A DNA stretch of 63,638 nucleotides, counting the filler, from Stramenopiles sp. TOSAG23-3 (lineage: Eukaryota): assembly GCA_900128585.1 (NCBI GenBank). It is 12 parts of 12 records of this genome, joined end to end, with 100 filler letters (N's around TTAATTAATTAA, not from the genome) between each part and the next. Parts side by side here need not be neighbours in the genome. Positions count along the whole stretch, not along the records: positions 28,519 to 34,109 come from LT643480.1; positions 34,210 to 39,800 come from LT643481.1; positions 39,901 to 45,485 come from LT643482.1; 9 more parts are not named here. One strand, given 5' to 3'. The notes beneath the pieces were generated by a model, which saw only the letters and a list, made by a program, of their open reading frames with translations, was not told the DNA's origin and did no database searches. The translations under genes were made by a program, and so were the position numbers. The number at the start of each line of letters is the position of its first letter. The stretch's first letter is position 1. Below, piece after piece: positions 32,849 to 42,911 of this stretch.

Positions 32849-33799
32849 TTAACTATTGGCACCCACAAGGTATTTCTTCAGTCTAGAGGGGATTAGTTTC
32901 TTGAGATTCGCTTCATCGAAGTTATGCATTTTCATTTTCTTCAGAATCTCATTGTCATCGTGAATTTCAAACGGGCCATCAAAATTAAAAAATATGTCCG
33001 AGCGGTCTTCTGCCATTTCACACTGCACCACCGTTTGGTTTTTGGTGCTGACAATGATGAACGGGAGGGGGATCCTGGCTTCTTCCGCATGGTTATCGGA
33101 TGCTGCAGTGTTCCGTTTGACCAGGTTTTTGAAAGCGATCTGCTGCAAAAGGAGCTCTTTCAGGTGGCGTTTCTTTCGTTCCACGGCCTTATGCTTCAAA
33201 TTTTTCTCCTTTTGCAACGCTTGGGTATCGTTCGCAGCGTTCGTGGGCAGCCCTTTCCAAATAATCTCTTTTTTCTCTTTGGAAATAATGTCCATCGCCA
33301 TCAAAACATTCAGGGCGTCGTACACACGCCGTCGGATATTTTTCTCGTCGTACGACTGGTCCACCGGGTTCGTCAGCACGTCCGCGGCGAACTCCTTCAC
33401 CAACTCGTCCGCAACTTCGTTGTACGAAGTTTTGCCCTTGGCTTCAACCTTCTGACAGACTTTCATACTAAAATGCCGTAGCCCCTTGTTTGCTTTCCCA
33501 CTAGACCCACCCCTCTGGACACGTTTCTTCTTCTTTGCGGAAGCTGCGCTGGATTTCTTTCCCGCTGATGCGTTTCCTGCAGACTTTCGTTTCTTCGACG
33601 CCGAGGCGGCCGAAGCGGCCGCTTTCTCACGTGAATAATTCTGTACTGCAGGTATGACGCCATCTTTCACCATTCCAACCTCAGCGGCCATCTTCTCTAA
33701 GCCATTCTCCTTGAAGATATTTACAAAATCTTCGCTCATAGCGGCAGTCTTCGAAGTCGCCGAAGCAGACACCTTTTGCTTTATCTGCGGACGACTCAT
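32849..33799 (-). CDS. DP: E2F dimerisation partner (DP) transcription factor
   Basis: KGLRHFSMKVCQKVE, SYNEVADELV, YDEKNIRRRVYDALNVLMAMDII, PFEIHDDNEILK. Confidence 0.95.
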   Translation of the reverse strand: MSRPQIKQKVSASATSKTAAMSEDFVNIFKENGLEKMAAEVGMVKDGVIPAVQNYSREKAAASAASASKKRKSAGNASAGKKSSAASAKKKKRVQRGGSSGKANKGLRHFSMKVCQKVEAKGKTSYNEVADELVKEFAADVLTNPVDQSYDEKNIRRRVYDALNVLMAMDIISKEKKEIIWKGLPTNAANDTQALQKEKNLKHKAVERKKRHLKELLLQQIAFKNLVKRNTAASDNHAEEARIPLPFIIVSTKNQTVVQCEMAEDRSDIFFNFDGPFEIHDDNEILKKMKMHNFDEANLKKLIPSRLKKYLVGANS

Positions 33800-34036
33800 C
33801 TTCTACGCAAAACGGTTCGCCACACCTTCTTCTGGTCTTGTAAACGAACGAGTACCTTTGTGTTTTGCTGTTGCGGCCTATAAGATACACTTTAATCAGA
33901 ATAAAGCTGATGAAAAATGTGCGCGTTTAAGTGACATAATAATATCTTTAAACAGCTATACAATTAAATAGACTACCAATACATTTCGTTTTTTAGTTTC
34001 CACCAAGAAAGTAGTTAAAAACATCATGTGATTTTT

Positions 34037-34109
34037 TCTTCTTCTTCTTCTTCTTCTTCTTCTTCTTCTTCTTCTTCTTCTTTTCTTCTTCTTCTTCTTC
34101 TTCTTCTTC
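34037..34109. repeat. (CTT)n microsatellite at contig end
   Basis: Near-perfect TTC/CTT run leading into the gap. Confidence 0.95.
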
Positions 34110-34212
34110 NNNNNNNNNNNNNNNNNNNNNNNNNNNNNNNNNNNNNNNNNNNNTTAATTAATTAANNNNNNNNNNNNNNNNNNNNNNNNNNNNNNNNNNN
34201 NNNNNNNNNAGC

Positions 34213-36969
34213 ATGAGAAGCCCTCCGTCCAAAGGAGGATCCAACAAACGGGCAGGGCAGCGAACTGCTCAGGCTCGGGGAGAGTTGTTCGAAGATAAAT
34301 TTATTGACAACATTTTGGGCACATTGCATGACGTGCGACAGGAGAACGGGGCCACTGGAAACCCATTCCACCCATCCTCGGAAAACGTTCGCAATCGTGC
34401 GGAGCAATTGCAGCAACAGCAGCAACAGCAGCAATGGGAAGACTACAAGAGCAAAACGCAGAGCAACTTAGCAATGGCCAGCAGCGGGTCCTTGCCGCGA
34501 CCCACCAGTGGCTCTACTCGCCGTAGAACTACAGGGTGGGACAAGGAACCCAGTTTACAGGATAAAAGCACTTTAAATCCAAGTCACCCTTCGTTCGAAC
34601 GAAGAAGCAACAAAGTGTACTCCGAAGGGAGTGGCTCGAAAATTTACCCTGCCGATTTCCCCGAAGTCAAAGAGTACATGCGATGGCGTGTGCAGCGTAA
34701 TATGAAGAGGTTGCGCAAGTTGACCGCGGCGGCGGAGTGCATTCAAAAAGCATTCCGTGCATTTATGGCCCGCACATTCGTTCAACGAATGCGAGAAGAG
34801 CGCGCAGCATTGTTTGTCCAACGTAATTGGCGGGGGATGATGGGCCGTCGGCGCTACTGGGCAAAGAAGAAGGAAGAGTGGGCAGTCCGCGTGGTGCAGC
34901 GTAATTGGCGTGGGAAAGCCGGGCGTGAAGTGTTCTTGCAGAAAAGGAAAGAGCGAGAAGCCGCGTCGATGATTCAAAGAATCTTTCGTGGGCGACTGGC
35001 GAAGCGAAGAGTGCACAGCATTCGAGATCGCCGCGAAAAGTCTGCAATATTTGTACAAAAGGCATTTCGCGCAAAAATGGCCCGAGAGTATGCATTTCGG
35101 CTTCGTGAACAACGGAATGCCTCAATTGAGATCCAGCGAACGTGGCGTGGGTGCCTTGGACGACGGAGAGCTGCATTGGAGCGTGACAAATACTTGTTTT
35201 CAAAAGCACAATCGCAAGGGATTGAGTTTGGTCGCCAAATGCTTTTGGAGCACAAGCTCCATGGTACAAGACTTCAGTCGGAGGTGGCATTGTTGACGAG
35301 GGAGAAGGTTGAATCCGAAGACCAAGTAGAGGCTTTGCTGAAAGAAATCGCCCAGTTTGAGGAAGGGGTTCGTCATTTGGAAAAAGAAATGCATGAACTA
35401 AGCAAAGTAGAAACAGAGGCCAAAGGCGTTTTAGACGAAGACGCAAGGGTAGAGCTTCGCGAGCAAAAAATGCGCCTCGACCGAGAGTTTTCAGTGATGC
35501 TTCAAAAAATTGCGGATAGAAAAGATCAGCTTACAAATTTGGAAGCTAAGCTGCAGACCCTAGATAGGCACCGCCAAGCTAAGGAGGAAGAGTTGCGAGA
35601 CTTGGAAAGAAAACTAGTCGTCCTTTTGGAAGAACAACAAAAAGAGTTGGAGCAAATTAAGCAACGGCAAGAAAGACGAGGGGAGCGTTTTATTTCTGAT
35701 GACCCGAATGCTGGCGCAATAATTGCTGCCGGGATCGGTGCAGCACCAGGTGGGGAAGGCGGCAGCGGCGGCGGGGGTGGTGGCGGAGGGTTTTCGGGGC
35801 CCTCTCCCCAGCAGCAGCAGCAAGCTGCAGCCTTAATGCAGTCGACGGAGACCCTTATGAAATTTGGTTTCATGTCTATGTCGCTGACGTACTTTAGCAG
35901 TTTGAACATGATTCGTGCTATGCGTGCAACAGGTGCATTGGAGACGTTGATGGCAGGAAAAGCCATGTCCGGCGGACCACTGGCGCTCATATCCGAGGGT
36001 GGACAGCCAGGTGCCAAGATGGCAGGGTTGGGGGGTGCTAACTTCAAACCCGGTCTTCGAAACGGCCAATTGCCAGGCCAAGAAGAGGAAGATCCAATGT
36101 CATGGAGTGTTGAGGATGTGGGCGAATGGTTGTCGTCACTGGCCCTTGGTCAATACCGCGAATCGTTTGCAGATGCAGCGGTCGATGGCGCATTTTTGAT
36201 GGACTTAAATGATGCCGATCTAAGGAACACCCTTGGTATTGACCACAGTCTTCACCGGAAAAAGATTCTCAACTCGATTCAGCGGTTACGAACGCAAGTG
36301 CAGATGGACATGGTTGCCAGTGGCGCAATGCCTGCGGCAACGGGGGGCATGATGCCCATGGCAGCGCCCCAAGCAGCACCAATGCAAATGGGTGGTGGTG
36401 CAGGACCTGCTGCTCTTGGAGGGGGAGTTGTCCCGCAGCTGCAAATGGGAAATGCGGGAGGCGGTGGCGGCTCTGCTGCCGACCTGGCGCCTACGGGAGC
36501 CGGCGAAGAAGATCCTGGCCTAGCGTTGGCAAACTTGAAACTGGAGGAGCTCGAAAGTTGGGTTCGTCACGGCCATTACAAGAAGATCAAAGAGGCGCTT
36601 AAAAATGTTCCCGATCGTCGATTTGATCCACACATGGTCGATTCTCAGTACTTGCCAGATTTTGGCACCCAGTACACATCTGATTATGAAAGGCAAACGT
36701 TCCATATGAACAAAATGGACAGTCACGGGAATACCTTGGTTTTGCTTGCTGCCCAAAATGGTGGCCTGAAGATTGCAAAATTGCTGCTTAACAAGGGTGC
36801 AAATGTAAATCATCAGAATAAACAGGGTCAAACCGCTCTGCATTACGCAATGGAATACAACTATTTTGATTTCGGTACCTGGTTGACGGATGCTGACGCA
36901 GGAGCAGGAGCTGATGACACCCTGGAAAATCAATTTCAATTGAGTCCATACGACGGTTTGGGAGTGTAA
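34213..36969 (+). CDS. IQ-motif, coiled-coil, SAM and ankyrin domain protein
   Basis: Six IQ-like motifs (IQKAFRAFMAR, VQRNWRGMMGR, IQRIFRGRLAK...); SAM WSVEDVGEWL...VDGAFL...HRKKIL; ankyrins GNTLVLLAAQNG, GQTALHYA. The ATG is 3 nt from the contig edge, so the gene may be 5'-partial. Confidence 0.9.
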   Translation: MRSPPSKGGSNKRAGQRTAQARGELFEDKFIDNILGTLHDVRQENGATGNPFHPSSENVRNRAEQLQQQQQQQQWEDYKSKTQSNLAMASSGSLPRPTSGSTRRRTTGWDKEPSLQDKSTLNPSHPSFERRSNKVYSEGSGSKIYPADFPEVKEYMRWRVQRNMKRLRKLTAAAECIQKAFRAFMARTFVQRMREERAALFVQRNWRGMMGRRRYWAKKKEEWAVRVVQRNWRGKAGREVFLQKRKEREAASMIQRIFRGRLAKRRVHSIRDRREKSAIFVQKAFRAKMAREYAFRLREQRNASIEIQRTWRGCLGRRRAALERDKYLFSKAQSQGIEFGRQMLLEHKLHGTRLQSEVALLTREKVESEDQVEALLKEIAQFEEGVRHLEKEMHELSKVETEAKGVLDEDARVELREQKMRLDREFSVMLQKIADRKDQLTNLEAKLQTLDRHRQAKEEELRDLERKLVVLLEEQQKELEQIKQRQERRGERFISDDPNAGAIIAAGIGAAPGGEGGSGGGGGGGGFSGPSPQQQQQAAALMQSTETLMKFGFMSMSLTYFSSLNMIRAMRATGALETLMAGKAMSGGPLALISEGGQPGAKMAGLGGANFKPGLRNGQLPGQEEEDPMSWSVEDVGEWLSSLALGQYRESFADAAVDGAFLMDLNDADLRNTLGIDHSLHRKKILNSIQRLRTQVQMDMVASGAMPAATGGMMPMAAPQAAPMQMGGGAGPAALGGGVVPQLQMGNAGGGGGSAADLAPTGAGEEDPGLALANLKLEELESWVRHGHYKKIKEALKNVPDRRFDPHMVDSQYLPDFGTQYTSDYERQTFHMNKMDSHGNTLVLLAAQNGGLKIAKLLLNKGANVNHQNKQGQTALHYAMEYNYFDFGTWLTDADAGAGADDTLENQFQLSPYDGLGV

Positions 36970-36973
36970 TAAC

Positions 36974-37027
36974 AACAAGAAAATTGGCTGTTATTTAAGT
37001 AATTAAATTTAGCGTCCTCATACCCTA
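36974..37027 (+). repeat. Dispersed ~54-nt element, copy A
   Basis: AACAAGAAAATTGGCTGTTATTTAAGTAATTAAATTTAGCGTCCTCATACCCTA, 4 nt after the stop at 36969. Confidence 0.9.
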
Positions 37028-37226
37028 TATAATTCCTCCGTGATGACTAACAATCATCCACCACGACGAAACGAAACTAAAAATCACATTTAAAAATCGA
37101 GATAGGATTAGGGTTGGCTTTGAAGTAGTATTTGATTTAAAATAATATGAGTCTAATTTGTTTTTTTTTATATAATTTGTTTTTTATTACATTTTATACA
37201 CTATACTATATCCAAGTACGAGTTTA

Positions 37227-39065
37227 TTACTCAGTGATGGCCGTTGGGCGGCGCGCCTTCCCGCCGGCGTCACGGTTGTCGCGTTTTGCACCATTTTTCT
37301 CTGCCGTTGTTGGACGGCTTCCATTGGTAGGCTGAGGTTTCTTCGTCGCATGGCGGTCTGGAGACAACGTAGCTCCACGCAGTAGTAGATGCTCCGCGTT
37401 TCTTGGAGTAGTTGGTCTTACACGGACGTTGTGCTTGTTGTTTGCGATTAATTCGTCCATAATATTATCCAAGTCCTGTTTGGGGGCATTTTCTTGCGCA
37501 CTATCCTCTTGTGGTCGTCTATGTCCTGCTTCTGCTCCTTCATCCAGCACTTCCAAGAGACGGGTCAAACGGTTCTCAATGGATTGAATGTGAAACACAG
37601 TGGTTTCGACACCATTGCCGGTTTTAGAAAATTCAAACGCACTTTTGCCTTCATCGGTTTTGCCACGGGAAGGGCTGCGCGGGACATTGCCGGGCGACAC
37701 GGGGGTATCCATATCAACGTGCTCGAGCTTGATGGCCATCGCAGCAATGCTTTGGCGGATCTCAAGGATAACCTTTTCAACTCGCTCGTGCTCTTCCCGG
37801 ACGACCTTGAGCCGTCGGTGCAGCTCGTCCTGGTCGCGAGACAGTTTGTCGATCATGTCGCGGTTGAACTCGGACGAGCCAGATCCTGAAAATTTGACGG
37901 CCTCCATCTTTCTCAACAACTCTGCCTTTCGGGCATTGAGCTGTTCCGTCTTCAAGCGTTTCTTATCGATTTCGTTCTGCATTTCTTCGCCATAGTGTTC
38001 CCTCTGGTTCAATCGGCTTACAATGTCGTCCACGTTCGTCAGCCCAGTGGCCAATCGGATTTCTTGAAACGTTTTCTGAAAAAAGTCTAATCGCTCCCGT
38101 ATTTCTGCGGTTTGCATCGCCCCGCCTTTCTGCACGGGACTCTTGCTATTTAGCCTATCGTTTTTCTGCTCCTCCTTCTTCTCGTCCGCAGCTGCTTCCC
38201 GTTCCCTGCGCTTTTTTTCTTCCAAGAGAGTCTTCGTCTCCTCCCTCTTCCTCGCTACTACGCGTCGGTCCTCCAGCTGGTTTTCCCAGCGAATTTTTTC
38301 TTGCTGGACCAAATGTTTCGAACGCGCGAGTTCCCTCTCTTCTCTCACTTTTGCCATCCTAACCTCGACCGCCATGCCCCGAACCTCTGCGGCTTCTTCG
38401 CGGCGGACCTCCAGGGCCTCCTCGTAAGCTCCTATCGTAGTGTCGTACGTAAGCCGTTGCTCCTTTAACCGAGTGCACATGTACACCAACGTCCTTCTGT
38501 ATGACAGCGTGTCCTCCAGCAGCTGCTTCGCTGCGTCCAGCTCCGCACGCTGCCCGTTGATCGCATCCATGCCTTTTCGTCGGTTTTCCTCGACGTCGTC
38601 TTCGCGCTTCAGGTTCACTAGCTTGTCTCGTAACGTTTGTAACTCGCGGATCATCTTTCGGTGCGTTTCGCGCAACGAGTTGTATGTGTCGCGCGTGCGA
38701 CGAACTTCCAACTGAAGGTGGTGGACCCGATCGACATACTTGTCCCCCGTGCTCTCTTCCTCGTCCACAATCTTTTCTTCCTTCTTTTTATCCTTGGAGC
38801 CGGACGACCCGCCGCCGAGTGCCGTCGTGGACTTGGTGCCTCTACCCTTTCCCAACTTGGAGCTTTGCCCGAGGGCCGCAGACGACTTGCTCTTTGCAAT
38901 GTTGGGAAGCGGTGACGTAGTGGGAATTGTCCCACCGATCTCGGTAAAGTCCGGTCGCCCTGGCCCCGGCTTAACGCCAGAGCGCCTAGCGCGCTGTCGC
39001 TTTTTCACTTCCCGTGTTTCTGCGAGGATCTGTTGATCCAACCGTAAGTGGGAGTTGTCCGCCAT
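37227..39065 (-). CDS. Coiled-coil protein, outer dynein arm docking complex (CCDC151/ODA-DC)-like
   Basis: Long coiled coil with RLKEQRLTYD, FQEIRLATGLTNVDDIVSRL and MEAVKFSG, reminiscent of docking-complex subunits. The CDS is secure, the family tentative. Confidence 0.65.
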   Translation of the reverse strand: MADNSHLRLDQQILAETREVKKRQRARRSGVKPGPGRPDFTEIGGTIPTTSPLPNIAKSKSSAALGQSSKLGKGRGTKSTTALGGGSSGSKDKKKEEKIVDEEESTGDKYVDRVHHLQLEVRRTRDTYNSLRETHRKMIRELQTLRDKLVNLKREDDVEENRRKGMDAINGQRAELDAAKQLLEDTLSYRRTLVYMCTRLKEQRLTYDTTIGAYEEALEVRREEAAEVRGMAVEVRMAKVREERELARSKHLVQQEKIRWENQLEDRRVVARKREETKTLLEEKKRREREAAADEKKEEQKNDRLNSKSPVQKGGAMQTAEIRERLDFFQKTFQEIRLATGLTNVDDIVSRLNQREHYGEEMQNEIDKKRLKTEQLNARKAELLRKMEAVKFSGSGSSEFNRDMIDKLSRDQDELHRRLKVVREEHERVEKVILEIRQSIAAMAIKLEHVDMDTPVSPGNVPRSPSRGKTDEGKSAFEFSKTGNGVETTVFHIQSIENRLTRLLEVLDEGAEAGHRRPQEDSAQENAPKQDLDNIMDELIANNKHNVRVRPTTPRNAEHLLLRGATLSPDRHATKKPQPTNGSRPTTAEKNGAKRDNRDAGGKARRPTAITE

Positions 39066-39901
39066 GATTCCAATACAAGAACAACCTGAACAAAATGACT
39101 ATGTGCGTATCACTTACTCTTGTGTATGTTCGTCTTCTTCAATCTCCTTCTTTCCTTTTATGTCATAGAAGGGATGAGTGAATGTAACCATTTTAGTTTC
39201 TTCTTTGGTTGGCCTTTCCTTTCTTTCTTTCTTTCTTTCCTATAATAAACATTATTATTATTTTATTATACCGCGGCCGTATATTTTTTATTTTTATTTC
39301 TTCTTCTTTCTTCAGAGCAACACACCACAAGCAAGCAGATCATGGGATCAATATATTGGAATCATGACAGACGACACAATCAAGATGAGAGGTGTTGTTT
39401 AACATAGAAATACAAAGAGATTGGTAACGTATTCCTAACGTAACTATTTGGTATAAAAATACAATGTATAAAAATAAAACATAAAAATACAAGGTAGAGA
39501 GAGAGAGAGAGAAGAGAAACCAAGGGTAGAAATTATGTACAGTTACGACGTATAATAAAAGTAGAAGAGGAGAGAGAGGAGTTAAAAATGAAGGAAGGAA
39601 GGAAGGAAGGAAGGAAAGGAAGGAAGGATAAGTCTGATAAAAAAATTAAAAAAATAAAATACAACTTAGTCTAAATACAGGTCGGTAGGTCGGTAGACTA
39701 CTATGGATAATAGAGGAGGTAATTGTATATGAGGATGATAATAAATAGAATTCTTTGATATTTCTATACTAAAGAGACTAGAACTATATAAATTCTAATT
39801 NNNNNNNNNNNNNNNNNNNNNNNNNNNNNNNNNNNNNNNNNNNNTTAATTAATTAANNNNNNNNNNNNNNNNNNNNNNNNNNNNNNNNNNNNNNNNNNNN
39901 G

Positions 39902-41029
39902 GAGGACGGTACTTGGGGTAGAGTTGTAGGCGAAGAAAACGTACCAATTTGGAAGCAAGGGGGTGCTTTCACTAAACTTTGCATTTATGGCAATAAAGAA
40001 ATATCCGACTATGATTGTAAATTTTTGGCTCCCGATTTGAGCAAGATGACAGCGTTGAAACTTCTTCGAATTGAAAATACTCAAATCGGCGATGCAGGTC
40101 TGGAGCATTTGTCCAACCTGTTGCCTGAGATGCAAGCATTGGAAGTGCTTCAGATTCGTAATAATCAAATCCACGATGCAGGTCTGGAGCATTTGTCCAA
40201 AGCGTTGCCTGAGATGAAAGCATTGGAAATGCTTGCGTTGGGTAATAATCACATTGGCGATGCAGGTCTGGAGCATTTGTCCAACGCGTTGCCCAAGATG
40301 AAAGCATTGGAAGCATTGGAAATGGTTAATATTCAAATCGGCGATGCAGGTCTGGAGCATTTGTCCAACGCGTTGCTTGAGATGAAAGCATTGCAATCCC
40401 TTCAGTTGGATAAAAATAACATGGGCGATGCAGGTGTAGCACATTTGTTTAACGCGTTGCCTGAGATGAAAGCGTTGAAACACTTCGTAATAATCAAATC
40501 GGCGATGCAGGTCTGGAGCATTTGTATGGAGCATTTGTTCAACGCGTTGCCTGAGATGAAAGCATTGGAAATGCTTGGCATTCATAATAATCAAATCGGC
40601 GAGGCAGGTGTAGCACATTTGTCCAAAGTGTTGCCCAAGATGAAAGCATTGAAATCGCTTCAAATTGTTAATAGTAACATCGGCGATGTAGGTCTAGAGC
40701 ATTTGTCCAAAGTGTTGCCCAAGATGAAAGCATTGAAATCGCTTTGTTTGCAACAGAATAAAATCGGCGATGCAGGTCTAGAGCATTTGTCCAAAGTGTT
40801 GCCCAAGATGAAAGCACTGGAATTCCTTCATATGCATACAAATAACATCGGCGATGCAGGTCTAGCACATTTGCAAGCGTTGCCTGAGATCCCGAAAAGA
40901 TTGAGGTCGCTTCTTTTGCACAGAAATAATTTCAGCGAAAAAGCAAAATCAAGGTTCTACCAAGATTGGAATCGGAAAATGGATCTGAACAGCACTTGGT
41001 CCATGAAATATCGACGCATCGGACTCTAA
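39902..41029 (+). CDS. RNI-like leucine-rich repeat protein, 5'-partial, about ten 28-aa repeats
   Basis: Unit xMKALxxLxLxxNxIGDAGLEHLSxxLP encoded by 84-nt tandem DNA repeats. Frame open back to the contig edge. Confidence 0.92.
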   Translation, partial: EDGTWGRVVGEENVPIWKQGGAFTKLCIYGNKEISDYDCKFLAPDLSKMTALKLLRIENTQIGDAGLEHLSNLLPEMQALEVLQIRNNQIHDAGLEHLSKALPEMKALEMLALGNNHIGDAGLEHLSNALPKMKALEALEMVNIQIGDAGLEHLSNALLEMKALQSLQLDKNNMGDAGVAHLFNALPEMKALKHFVIIKSAMQVWSICMEHLFNALPEMKALEMLGIHNNQIGEAGVAHLSKVLPKMKALKSLQIVNSNIGDVGLEHLSKVLPKMKALKSLCLQQNKIGDAGLEHLSKVLPKMKALEFLHMHTNNIGDAGLAHLQALPEIPKRLRSLLLHRNNFSEKAKSRFYQDWNRKMDLNSTWSMKYRRIGL

Positions 41030-41581
41030 ATGCACCCTTTGAGCGGCTCATGCTGAGATTTAGTGCGCTGTATGTAAACATCACCGATGTTAATCATTTT
41101 TTATTATTTTTCTAAAACATTATACTATCTTAAATTTAATACACAAATTCGTAAACAACACTCGGATAAATCGAAGATGTTGTAGTATAAATCGAAGATG
41201 TTGTAGTGACGAACAGAAAAAAGCTGCATTCCCTTGTTTGAAGTGAAATAGGACAAAGGTTGCAAATACATTTTTGGCTGATTTGGCTGAAGTGACCGAA
41301 CAGTTAAACAATTTATAAACATAAAAAACGCTAAACTTTTTATGTTTGAAGATATTTTTTCTTTAATACTTTGGTTTTATGATAATATTTTAGTGCGGCT
41401 TTTCTCGTAGCCATTTGTCCTTTCTCCGTCTTCCTGTATTTTACTATAGTATTGTGTCGTCTGCGTCTTCTTTCTTCTTCGCTTAATTTTCGCATTATTA
41501 TATTAATATATAAGAAACATTTTTTTTAAATAGATTTATTTTAAAATTAGTTTAAATAAAACTTTATATACGTATATATAT

Positions 41582-41908
41582 ATGGCGAAGAAAAAGAAGA
41601 AAGCTTTAGCAAAAAAGAAAACGAAAACAAAAATGAGCGTTCGACGAAGAAATCTAAAGAAACAGGTGAAAAGTAAGTTTGGAAATGCAATAGCTCCATG
41701 CCTGACGCAACTCTCCACGGACGAGTTAGCAAATCTACTTACAGGAGCAATCGATGCAAACACGTTAAAGAAATACAACGGGTTGTTTAAGCGATTTAAA
41801 TACACAGGAGAAGACAATAAAGCCCACAGAACAGGATGGTTAAAAACGAAGTTATCCCAATACAAGAATCGTTACAAAAAATACGAATATATATGTGAGT
41901 TATTTTAA
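41582..41908 (+). CDS. Small basic hypothetical protein
   Basis: 108-aa ATG ORF in AT-rich DNA with a Lys-rich N-terminus. No family recognised. Confidence 0.45.
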   Translation: MAKKKKKALAKKKTKTKMSVRRRNLKKQVKSKFGNAIAPCLTQLSTDELANLLTGAIDANTLKKYNGLFKRFKYTGEDNKAHRTGWLKTKLSQYKNRYKKYEYICELF

Positions 41909-42011
41909 ATTTAGTAACCACGTCGCACACACATCACCCCTAAGAATTAGAAAATGTCGCGAGTCCACTCCACAATCAATGTTCCACCTCTCTCGCCAAT
42001 TTTAATTCAAA

Positions 42012-42911
42012 TTAATTTCCTGAAAGCTCACCAATGTAAATACTAGACCGGCACTTGTTCAGCAATTTCTCTTCCTTTGTCGGTAGCGGTGGTGGTGCAA
42101 ATAATGGTTCGCTCGGTACTACAAACGGAACAGTAGGGGGCGAAGCATTTGCAAACAGAAACTCGTCATCGCCGTCCAGCTTTTCCATGCCATCAGTTAC
42201 ACTCCCCAGTGCGTCCTCCTCCTTCGTACCAGGGCCGGTCAGCAACCGGTCCGATATCCTTCTTATCAATTTTAGCAGCGCACGTTGCTCTGTGTCTTTC
42301 TTGACGCACTTTTCAGAGACTGCCCGTAACTCTTCCTTCATTGCACTTAAGCTTGATTCATGCTTTACCTGCAAGGCCATCGCCTTTTTAATGCTACCAA
42401 CGACTTCCTCCAAACGCTTTCGAACGTGACGCCCACCCAAGTACATTTGCTGCCGCCCCTTCTCGCTGCGGCGGTTTGGGCTTCGCCCCGTCGTCGCCCC
42501 GCCGCTGTTTTGCACGGTTCGGTGAGCGTCGCTATTGTTTCTAGTATTTACAGTTCGCCCGTCTATGTTTGCATGGTTCCTGAACTCTGGAGACGGGGGA
42601 TTGTCCCATTTCGGGCGTTGGCGGTCGTACGCCCTTCCGGGATTTTCAAGCGATAGGTTTTGCAGGGTTAACGAACTTCGTCTGATTGTTTGAACGTGTT
42701 CCTGTCTGGAGTGCAGCGTTCGCCGTTTGGTAGCTGCACTTTCGTAGAGGTTGGCGCATGGGGCTACGCATGGACCGAGTCCGCGTCTGGAAAAAGCCCC
42801 CGGAACCGTAATCAGCCGAGGTTTTGTCGCCACTCGTTTCGGATGCGACGCTCGACTAGGAATGGTTAGCACGTCTGCCGCGTTAACTTTAGTGACACCA
42901 CGGGACAGCAT
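42012..42911 (-). CDS. Hypothetical protein with C-terminal coiled coil
   Basis: Long GC-richer ORF; first in-frame ATG at 42911 (MLSRGVTK). Confidence 0.65.
   Translation of the reverse strand: MLSRGVTKVNAADVLTIPSRASHPKRVATKPRLITVPGAFSRRGLGPCVAPCANLYESAATKRRTLHSRQEHVQTIRRSSLTLQNLSLENPGRAYDRQRPKWDNPPSPEFRNHANIDGRTVNTRNNSDAHRTVQNSGGATTGRSPNRRSEKGRQQMYLGGRHVRKRLEEVVGSIKKAMALQVKHESSLSAMKEELRAVSEKCVKKDTEQRALLKLIRRISDRLLTGPGTKEEDALGSVTDGMEKLDGDDEFLFANASPPTVPFVVPSEPLFAPPPLPTKEEKLLNKCRSSIYIGELSGN

Noticed and set aside
40043-40890. CRISPR-like array (constant repeats with variable spacers)
   Set aside because: The period is 84 nt (28 codons), in frame, and translates to canonical LRRs. There are no cas genes and the context is eukaryotic.
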